NCBI GenBank assembly: GCA_051313645.2
Contig: JBNRSN020000010.1
Location: 9,920,001-9,984,000, forward strand
DNA length: 64,000 bases
Source: Centroscyllium fabricii
Taxonomy: Eukaryota
Direction: 5' to 3'
The translations under genes and the position numbers were made by a program. The notes beneath the pieces were generated by a model. That model was not told the origin of the DNA and did not search any database. It was given only the letters and a program-made list of their open reading frames with translations. Numbering within the stretch: position 1 is the first letter of the stretch; the number at the start of each line of letters is the position of its first letter. Positions 37,873 through 48,327 of this stretch are shown here, piece after piece.

Positions 37873-38777
37873 TCATTTTCTGCCTAATCCCAAAATTAAT
37901 GTCCAGGGGTATTTCACCATCTTCTTCAGCTCTTCTCTAAATTTCCTCTGGGTGGCGAAATAAATACACGGGTTTTGAAGGCAGCTCAAAAACTTCAACA
38001 GTGTTCCAGTTTCAGTGGCGATATATCCAGGGTCTGTGCGGTCACCTCGGTAATACGTGTTGTTTGCCAGCTTGGTAGCTACAAAACTCACGGCAGTTGT
38101 CAGCCACAACAATATAAAACTGCCCGATATAGTGAAGAGTAAAATGATGGATTTCCTTCGGTTCTCCATCTCTGGATTACTGTGATTTTCACTCCTCTGC
38201 CCCCGAAGGCCCCTGCGGGCTCTGCTAGCCTCTAAAATACGTCTGATTGTCAAATAGTTACACAAAGAAATTAACGTAAAAGGAAACCAAACGCCCCAGG
38301 CGCTGTGAAACCAGATGTAGGCGACACCTGGAGGAGAGGAAACAAAAGACACACTGTTCCGGCAGCCCCACTGCACCTTGTTAATTATTTGCTGTGCTTC
38401 AAATGCAAACACAACGGGGATGCCCCTTAAAATGGTTAGAACCGTGAAAGCTGTTAAAACCTTGGCCGCAGTTCTCTCGGTGCAATACTTTGTTTTAAAT
38501 TTCTGGCAGCAGATAATAACACATCGGTCAAATGTGAAGGAGACAGTGAACCAAACAGACAAATCGAGGGTGACTACAGTCAAATATAGAATGAACTTAC
38601 ACACGGGTGTGTGGTACAGGAATGAAAGTGGAAAACGATAATTGAAAATATGATACAATATTACATTGATGATCAATACAAGTAGATCTGCCGTTGCCAT
38701 GGCCACCATGTAGACAGAGATACACTTGGAAAGTCCGCAGTTTCCTCGGAAGATAATCACCATTGTCACTAAGTTCG
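37873..38777 (-). CDS. GPR139-like class A GPCR, exon 2 (rest of TM1 through TM7 and C-tail)
   Basis: Acceptor tttctctcctctctgtttcttatag|CG. Motifs: AMATADLL (TM2), PVC (TM3 Cys), FTFDRC (DRY position), WGC (ECL2 Cys), FILLW (TM6), NPCIY (TM7), helix 8 KFREEL. The TGA at 37875-37873 is followed by ATTAAA. Confidence 0.93.
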
Positions 38778-38805
38778 CTATAAGAAACAGAGAGGAGAGA
38801 AATAA

Positions 38806-39561
38806 TGGCCCAAAAATTAGTATTGGAGCCTTCCTAAGTGTGCACGGCTCCAAAGCACACTTACCTTGCACTTCCGCCGTTTTGCAATTATGGGATGTGA
38901 AATCGTGAGTTCAGCAGCTACTGTAAGTTACAAGCGACCTGCTGGTGCAACTGAACGGCGTAATTAGTACGAGATATCGCACGGGTCCCGTGATCTGCAG
39001 GGAGCCAAGGAATGGACGCAATCATCCATTCATAACTTACACGGAGTAATCTGTGTAAGTTATGAAAAGCTAGAGCTTCAAAACCACATCTAAACACAAA
39101 AATTAACTTTAAAAAGCAGCACATTTGTTAACAATATTCTAATTAACATACATTACATTTTTTAAAGAAAAATCAACATTTAGAACAAAATGTAAAAAAA
39201 ATTAACTGGCCTAAAACAATACTTACCTCTCTTTAATTAAAAAAAAAAAAACGTGTTAAAACAATACTTAAGTTCTATAATATTAAGTCTTACCAGCTAA
39301 AAACGAGTGGTTACGGCTGATATTTTTAGGTGTAAAATCCTCAAACTACCCCAATGAAAAACACGGAAAAACATCGGAAGTCCAGTGCGCAACTCCTGGT
39401 GCGCAGGCGAACGAGATCCAGCTCGCAGCAGCTCGCAATCGACCGCAGGACGCCATTGGAATTGCAGGTAGCAGCTGGAAACGGCTGCACCCTGCAATTC
39501 GGACCTGGGTGCATGTGCACCCGGCTCGAAAGCCTCTCGCGCTCATAGGTATTTCGGACTC
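38806..39561. mobile_element. MITE-like insertion in the GPCR intron
   Basis: About 750 bp are absent from the paralogous intron at 16335-16550. Degenerate TIR-like ends tggcccaaaaatt / tatttcggactc. The interior is shared with 35223-35971. Confidence 0.7.
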
Positions 39562-39956
39562 ATTGTTCTAGCGTCTGATGTCGATATGGAGATCGCTCTT
39601 GATAGCATTATACTCCAGTCAGTGAGAATATCAAAACGGAGCAGTGTGAGAACAGGATTCGTTTTGGAGCCCTTACCTTGGAAAACCAACCACACAATGA
39701 GCTGCTGCAGCGCTCAGTCCGCAAGAGGTGACAAGACTGACGAAATCCTCTAAAAAACGTGGGTTGGAGTTTCAAAGAACAGAGTCATCTCTTTAAGCTT
39801 ATCGCATTAAGCGGAACTACGGTTCAAGATTTATTTCTCATCACTACGTTATGTTTAAAGCTGCCATCTCGAGAACTCCTTTACCTTAACAAAGATGCTC
39901 TATGTACATGGATACAATTAACTGCGACTAAAAACAAACAGGTTATCATCACTCAC

Positions 39957-40026
39957 CGGGGACGGCAAAGACCGCGAGAATCGGGTAGTAAATCTCTTTG
40001 ATCAGCAGAGTAACTGGTCTCCCCAT
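39957..40026 (-). CDS. GPR139-like GPCR, exon 1 (MGRPVTLLIKEIYYPILAVFAVP)
   Basis: ATG at 40026; 70 nt ending CCC G|GTGAGT. The phase-1 intron (39956-38778) joins G+CG = Ala. Spliced CDS is 975 nt = 324 aa plus stop, with a complete TM1. Confidence 0.9.
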
Positions 40027-40102
40027 TCTCTGTGACAATTAATTAATTCTGTCGAAGCAAAAGGACTCTGATGCCGCATGGCTAAGGCAATGGGAGGGAA
40101 CC

Positions 40103-40111
40103 TATATTTAT
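40103..40111 (-). promoter_or_regulatory. Candidate TATA-like box of the GPCR
   Basis: Minus-strand ATAAATATA about 80 nt upstream of the ATG. Supported by position only. Confidence 0.35.
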
Positions 40112-40469
40112 CCACACTTCAATTCTCCAGCGAGTCAATCAGGTTAAGTCAGAATTCGCATTACTTACAGTCATTAAACAAATAGGTCCCAATTACAATG
40201 TTTTTCTTATCTGACAAGTCAGGTTAAGAGACATATGTGTAATTGTTGTTGGGTAGTTCTACAAAATACTGAATTAAAATATTATTTACGAATAAGAAGT
40301 GCAATAAAACGGTACTAGTGATGCCCCTAGTCCCACAATCCGGGTGAACGCAGCAACCCAAGCAATGATTTTCTTGACCCTGCCCTTGATTCGCTTCTAG
40401 AGCAAAAACTCCCACAGAACAGGCGGCAAAACAAATACTGCAATAATGGCGAGGATACCATTCTGTCAG

Positions 40470-43400
40470 CATTAGAGGTGCCAGTGCTCCTCCCGTGCAA
40501 GTGGTACCCTGCATTTAGATTAGAGGGACATCCCCCCCCCCGCTGTAATACTAGCACAATATACTTATACTACATGTGACCGTGCCTCTCCTGCGCCAGT
40601 GCTATGACTACACTGACATTGATGTGCCCATGCCGTTCCTGTCCCAGTGCTACCCCTACACTGACACTAGATGTGAAATTGCCCCAGCTATCGTAGTGCT
40701 ACATTGACACTAGCTGCTAACTTGCCCCTCCTGTCTCAGTGCTACCCCTAAACTGACACAAGATTTGACCATTCCCCTTTTATCCTTCTGCTTCCCGCAC
40801 ACTGACACAAGACGTGTCCATCCTCATGCTGTACCGGTGTTAACCCTACACTGACTAAAGTGTTTACCATGTCCCTACTGTCCCAGTGACACAACTAAAC
40901 TGACACTAGATATGACCGTGTCACTCCTGTTCCAGGTTTAACACTACCATTACTCTAGATGTGACCCTGTACCTCCGGTCGCAGTGCAACCCTGATAATA
41001 CATTACAGTAGATTTGACCGTGCCCCTCCTTTCCCAGTGTTAAAACTACACTGAGAAATGCTGTGTCATTTTCCCTCCTGTCCAAGTGCTACCCTTACAA
41101 TGACAATAGATGTTACCGTGTATCACATGTCCCAATTTTACCCCTACTATTTCACTAGATTTGACTGTGCCCCTTCTGACCCAGTGTTAAAGCTACATTG
41201 GCACTAGATTTGACCGCTTTCAGTCCTGTCCCATTTTTACCCACCCACTGCCATTTCATATGCCCTTGCCCCGCCTGTCCCCGTGCTACAAATAAAGTTA
41301 CAATTGATATGTGTTTGCCCCTCATTTCCAAATGTTACCCCAATACTATCATTAGATGTGAAATGTCTCCCTGCTGTCCCAGTGTTACCCCTGAGGGTAG
41401 ACTAGTGTTGGCCGTGTTCCACCGGTCCAAATGCTACCACTAAATTTAAAATAGATGTGAGCATGCAACTACTGTTTAGTGCTACCCATACACAGACACG
41501 CAAAATAACAGTGACCCTGCTGTTCTACTATTAACCCTCACGTAGACTCTAGATGTCACCTTGCCCCTACTGTCCCACTGTTACGGCTACACTCACAATA
41601 GAGGAGATGGTGCCTCGCCTGTCCCAGGGTAAACCCTATAATTACTCTAGATGTGATGTTGCATCTCTCGTCCCAGTGCCTTCACTGGATTTAAGATATA
41701 TGTGACGTTTCCTCTCCTGTCCCAGTGCTACCCCTATAATTACACCAGATATGACCGTTCTCCTCCTCTCCCAGTGTTACCACGAAGCTTTCACTAGATG
41801 TGTCCATGTCCATCATATCGCAGTGCATCAACTACATTTACACAAGTTGTGAACGTTCTCCTCCTCTCCGAGTGTTAGCCGACACTGATACTAGATGTGA
41901 CCGTGTACCTGCTGTCTCAGTTGTACCGCAAAATTTACACTAGATGTGAAGGAGGCCCTCCAGTCCCAGTGTTAACCATACAATGACACGACATCTGAAT
42001 GTGCCCGTCCTGTCCCAGTGGTACACGTACACATACAATATATGTGATGTGCCCCTCCTTTCTCAGTGCAACCCCTCCATTAGAACTAGATGTGACCGAG
42101 ACCCTCCAGTGTCCTGGTTGCCACTACACTGACATGGGATGTGACTGTGTCTCTCCTGTCCCTGTACTACACCTACACTGACACGAGATGTGAATGTGCC
42201 TCTCCTATCCCTGTGTCCAAACCTATGTTTACACTAGATGTAACAGGGGCCCTCCAGTCCCATTGTTACGCTAAACTGACACGAAACGTGCCAGTGCCCC
42301 TCCTGTCGCAGTGTTACCCCTACGATTACACTAATTGTGACAGTGCCACTCCTGTCCTAGTGTGATCCCTACGCTGACATTAGATGTGACCATGCCATTG
42401 CTCTCGGAGTGTTACACCTACACTGATTCTAGATGTGACATTCCCCTCCTGCCCCAGTGCTGCCACAACAAGGGAAGTGGATTTAAAGACCCACACCAGT
42501 CCCAGTGCTACCCTTACACTTAAATTAGGTATGGCCCTGTCCTCCCTGTTCCAGTATAACACTTATGCTGCCACTAAATGTGGTATTGCCACTCCTGTCC
42601 CTGTTTTACACAGAAACATACACTTGATGTGAGCTTATCCCCCTGTCCCAGTGTTACAGCTTAAATTACAATGAATGAGAAAATGCTACGCCTCTCCCAT
42701 TGTAAGCAGTACACTTACACTAGATCTGATCTTAACCTTCCTGTCAAAAATGGTACCCCCAACGTACACTAGATGTGACCGTGCTCCACTTGTCCCAATG
42801 CAACGCCTACACGTACACTTGATATGGCCATGCAACTCGTGTTTAGTGCTATCCATACACAGACACGAAATATGACAGTTAACCTCCTGTTCCAGTGTTA
42901 ATCCAACACTTGTAAACCTCGTGTCCCAGCCTTATCCCATATACTGACACTAAGTAAGATCGTGCCCCTTCTGTTGCAGTGTTGACGCTAGACTTACAAT
43001 AGATGAGACCATTCCTGGCCAGCCCCAGTGTTAGCCCTTCACTTACACTTGAAGTGATGGTACCTCTCCCGTCCCAGTGCTATCCCTACACTGAATCTAG
43101 AATTAACGGAACTCCTACGCTCCCAGTGCTACACCTACACTTACATTGGATATGATACTTCTCCTCCGGTCCTAGTGTTACTCCTACACTTACACTGTTT
43201 GTGAGCCTACTTCTCAAGCCCGGATTTCCCCCCCTACATTGAAACTAGATTAGACTGTACCACTCCTGCCCCAGTGTTACGACTACAGTGACACTAGATG
43301 TCTCCCTGACACTCTTGTCTCAGTACGACCCTCCATCTGAAACTACATCTGACCGTAACCTTCCTGTCCAACTGCTACCCCTACATTTATATTACATGTG

Positions 43401-46400
43401 ACGGTGCCAATCCTGTTCTAGTGCTACCGCAACATTTAAACTAGGTATGAACGAGACCCTCCAGTCCCAATGCTGCTCCTATACAGACACGATATTAACG
43501 GTGCACCTTCTGTACGATAATTACAACTACACTTACACTATATGTGCCCGTGCCACAGCTGTACCAGTGTTGCATCAACATTTGAAGTAGATTGGACGAA
43601 AGCTCTACAGTCTCTGTGTTAACACTTCATTGACACTTGATGTGACTATATCCCACATGTCCCATTGCTAACCCTACAATTGATCTAATTCTGACCGTGT
43701 TGCTCCTGTCCCAGTGTAACCCCTAAACTGACATTCAATTTGACCAGCCCATTCCTGTCTCAGTGCAACTCCTATATTTATACTAGATGTGGCCATGTCC
43801 CTCCTCTCCCAGTGCAACCACTAGATTGGCATTAGATGTGATTCTGCCCCTCGGTTTCCGGTGCCAAACCTATATTTAAACTAGTGGTACCCCTAAACTG
43901 ATAGTGAATGTGACTGTGTTCCTCCTTTCTCACTGCTAACTCTACACTGGCACTAGATGTGGCCGTGCCGCCCCATCCCAGTACAACCCCTATATTTACA
44001 CTAAATGAGACCGAGGCCCTCCTGCCAAGTGCTACATCTGCACTGACACGAAATGTGACAGTACCCCTCCTGTCTCAGTGTTAGCAATACACAGACACCA
44101 GATGTGACCGTGCCTCTGCTGTCCCAGTGTTACCTGTACACAAACCGTAGATTTTACGTGTCCCTCCTGCCCCAATGTCACCCCTTAAAATTACACTAGA
44201 TATTTGTAAGAGGTCAAGGTTACAGTAGATATGTCCGAGGCCCACCAGTCCCATTGTTACCACTACACTGACATTGGACGTCATTCTGCCCATTCTGTCA
44301 TGGTCCTACCCTTGCACTGACAATACATATTACCGTGTCCCACATATCCAAATGTTACACCTACTATAGCAGTAGATGTGTCTGTGCCCCTCCTGTCCCA
44401 GGATTAGCTCTACACTGACACTAGATGTAACCTTGCCCCTCCTGTCACAGAGCTAACCCTACACTGAAATTAGAGGTGACCGAGGGCCTCAAGTCTCAGT
44501 GTTACCACTACCGAGACACTGGATGTGACCATCACCCTCCTATCCCAGTGCTACCCCTACACATACACAAGATGTGAACGTGCCCCTCGTAACCCATTCC
44601 TGCGCCTATATTTAAACCAGATGTAACTGAGGCCCTCCAGTCCCATTGCTACACATACACTGACACGAAAAATCCAAGTGTTAACACTACAATTACACTA
44701 ATTGTGCAAGTCCCCCTCCTGTGTAAGTATTACCCCTACACTAACATTATATTTGACCCCGCCATTCCTATCTCAGTGCTACTCCTCTATGTACACAAGA
44801 TTTGACGGTGTCCAGTTTGTCCCAGTGCTAGCCCTACACTGAAAAAAGTTGTGAAAGGGCTCTCCCATCCCAGTACTAAAAAAATTCTTACACAAGATTC
44901 GACCGGGGCCGTCGACTCCCAGGGGCACCCCTACACACAGTGCCCCTACTGTCTCACTGTCATCCCTGCATTTAGACTAGATGTGACCAACACACTCCAG
45001 TCTCCGTGATACCAGTACACTGACACTGGATGTGACTGTGTGCCTCCTGTTCCAGTGTTACCGCTACACGTAAACTAGATGTGACCATCGCCCTCCTTTC
45101 CCTGTGTTCACCCTACATTTACACTAGATTTGAGGGAGGTTCATCCGTCCCATTGTTAGCCCAAAAGAGTGATTGGATGAGACGATGCCCCTCCTTTCCC
45201 TGTGCATCCCCTACATTTACAATAGTTATTAACGTGTCTCATATGACCCAGTATTACCCCTACTATTACAGTAGATTTGACATTACCGCTGCTATATCAA
45301 TTTTAACCCGAAAATGAGACTAGTTTTGACATTGCCCCAACTCTCCCAGCGCTACCTCTAAATTTACATTAGAGTGGATCATGCCTCTCCTTCCTCTGTG
45401 CTTCACGTAGACTTATACTTGATGTGAAACTTCCACTCATTTCCCAGTTAAACCCCTACATTCAAACGAGGTGTGACCTGTGAAACACCTGTCCCTGCGT
45501 TAAAACTACACTTAGAATAGATGAGACCGTGGCAGATCTGTCCGAGTGCTACCCCTACAGATATACTAGATGTGAACATGCAACTCCTCTTTAGTGCTGC
45601 TCATAAACCGACACGAAATATGACCGTGCCCCTCCTGTCCCAGTCTTAAAGCTACACTTACTATGGGTGAGGCACCGGATCAAGTGTAAACAATACACTT
45701 ACTCTAGATATAAGAGTGCCTTTCCCATCCCTGCGCTATCCCTACGCTAAATCTAGATGTGACGATACCCCTACTGTCCCAGTGCTACCCTGCCCGTACA
45801 CTAGATATGCTTATTCTCCTCCTGTCCCAGTGCCAATCCTACGCTTAGACCAGATGTGGGCGTTCTACTCCTGTCCAAATATTACACTTTTCTGAAACAG
45901 GGTGAGTCCGTACATCTCCTGCCCCAGTGTTACCCATACACTGATAATAGGTCTCACTGTAACCTTCCTTTCCAACTGCTACCCCCAAATTTACAATAGA
46001 TTTGACCGTGCCCCTCCTCTCCCATCATTACCCCTAAACTGACACAAGATGTGAATGTGCCACTCCTGTCCCAGTGCTACACCAACAATTAAACGATATG
46101 TTAACGAGGTTCTCCAGTCCCAGGGCTACCCAATTACTGTCACGACATGTAACAGTGCCCCCCCCTGTACCAGCGTTACAACGAAACATACACTGGATGA
46201 TACCATGCATCTCCTGTCTCAGTGCTTCTTCTACATTTAGACTCGATGTGACCGAGTTCATCCAGCCCCCATGCGACACCTACACTTATACTTGATTTGA
46301 ACGTGTCCCTCCTGTCCCAGTTCTGCACCTATTCTTACGCTACATGTGAACGTACCACTCCTGTCCCTGTGCTATCCCCAAACTTACACTAGATGTGACA

Positions 46401-47952
46401 GTGCACCTCCATCTGCTAGCGCTACATTTATACTAGATGTGACTGTGTCCCACAAGTCCATGTGTTACCCCTACACTGACTCAAGATTTGAACATGCCCC
46501 TCCTGTCCGAGTGTTTTCGCTACACTGACATTAGATGTAACCGTGTCTCTACTGTCCTATATGGGATCCCCACACTGACAATAAATGTGATCATGCCCAT
46601 CCAGTTCCAGTGCTAGCTCTACGCTCATAGTAGATGTGACTGAGCCCCGCATGTCCCACTGCTACCACTAAACTTACACTAGATATGTCCGTGCCCCGCA
46701 CGTCCCAGTGCCATAACTACACTGACACAATATATGACACTGTCTCTCCTGCCCTTTGTCTCCCCTACACTTACACTAGGTGCAACCGTGTCCCTCCTCT
46801 CCCAGAGGGACCTCTAATCTGATATGAGTATTGACTTTGCCCAATTTGTCCCATTGCAACTCCTACACTCACATTAGATCTGATTGTGCGCTGTTGTCCC
46901 AGCGTTTCCCCTACAGTCATACTAGATCTAACCGTGTGCCTACTCTGCCATTGTTACACTTATAATTAAACTAGATGTTACATAGTTACATCTACTGTAA
47001 GTGTTGGAGTAACAATCAGACAGGAGGGATTGGTGTTATATATATGGTCAGTGGAGGCGTAACGCTGGGTCAAGTGTGGCATGGTCAAATCTAGTGACCC
47101 TCCTGTCTCAGGGGCGTGCCCGCCCAATCCCTGTGCAATCCATATATTTATACTAGATGTGACTGAGGCCTTCCTGTCCCAATGATAACCCTACACTGAC
47201 ACGATATCTGACCGTATCACAACTCTCCCAGTCTTGCCACAACACTGACACTAGATATGACCTTAGCTGTCCTGCTCCTGTCCTATTGCAACACATTAAA
47301 TTACAATGGATTTGACCGTACCCCTCCTATCCCTGTGCAACCCCTTTATTTACACTAGTTGTGACAGAGGCCCTCTTGATCCAGCGTTAAACAGACACTG
47401 AGATAAAATGTGATAGTGCCTCTTCTGTACCTGTGTAACGCCTAAACTTATACTAGATGTGACCGACCGCCTGCTGCCCCAGTTTTAGCCCTACATTAAA
47501 AAAAATATGACTGTGACGCTCCATTCCCAGTGTTGCCCCTACACTGACACTAGATGCGTCGATGACCCTCATATCCCAGTGTTAACCCTACACTGATACA
47601 AGATGTGAGATCTTCCCTCCTATCCCAGTGCTATCCCTACACTGAAAAAGATGTTATCGTGTCTTACTTGTCCCATTTTACACATACTATTACACTAGAT
47701 GTGACTATGCCATTGCTATCCAAGTGTTAACCCGACACTGACACTAGTTGTGACCTTGCCCCTTCTGATCCAGTGCTGCACCTACACTGAAACAAGTTGT
47801 GAATGTACCACAACTTTCCCAGCGCTACCCCTAAATTTGCACTAGATAGCACCATGCCTCGCCTGTCCGTGTGATGCACATACAGTGACTCTTGAAGTGA
47901 CCTTGTCGCTCATTTCCCAGTTTAACCCTACACTAGATGTGAATAGTGCCCC
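40470..47952 (+). repeat. 49-bp satellite array, left part
   Basis: Same monomer as 1-3575. It ends at gtgcccc, where Gypsy 3 inserted. Confidence 0.95.
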
Positions 47953-48327
47953 TGTGGCGACACGCCCACCAGCAACATCGAATCCGCCTCGGGAGCGCTG
48001 CAAGACGGCCCCGCCCACCGGGCGGCGTGCTGACGTCACCGCGACTTCCGGCGTGATGACGTCACCAGGTGGACACCCGGCAGTGACGTGACCTACCGCG
48101 GGACCTTTAAATACTTGGGCTCCAGGTGGCTCAGTCTCTTTTCCACCTGGCCCTAGCAGTAGTAACAATAAATGATAACTTTCCGACTCATCTGTGTCCT
48201 GTGTGGTTCTTCGGCCCTGCATGCCTCTACAGTGGTGACCTCGATACTTGGGACGAATTCCAAGAGATCAATGAAGCAGTAGCTGCAGGACTGATGGCCA
48301 AGTGGCCTCAGTTGCATCGCAATCACC

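Noticed and set aside
38778-38871. ORF-track N-terminus of the GPCR (MQGKCALEPC...)
   Set aside because: It has a non-ATG start inside a MITE and runs through the polypyrimidine tract. A proper exon 1 with matching splice phase exists at 40026-39957.
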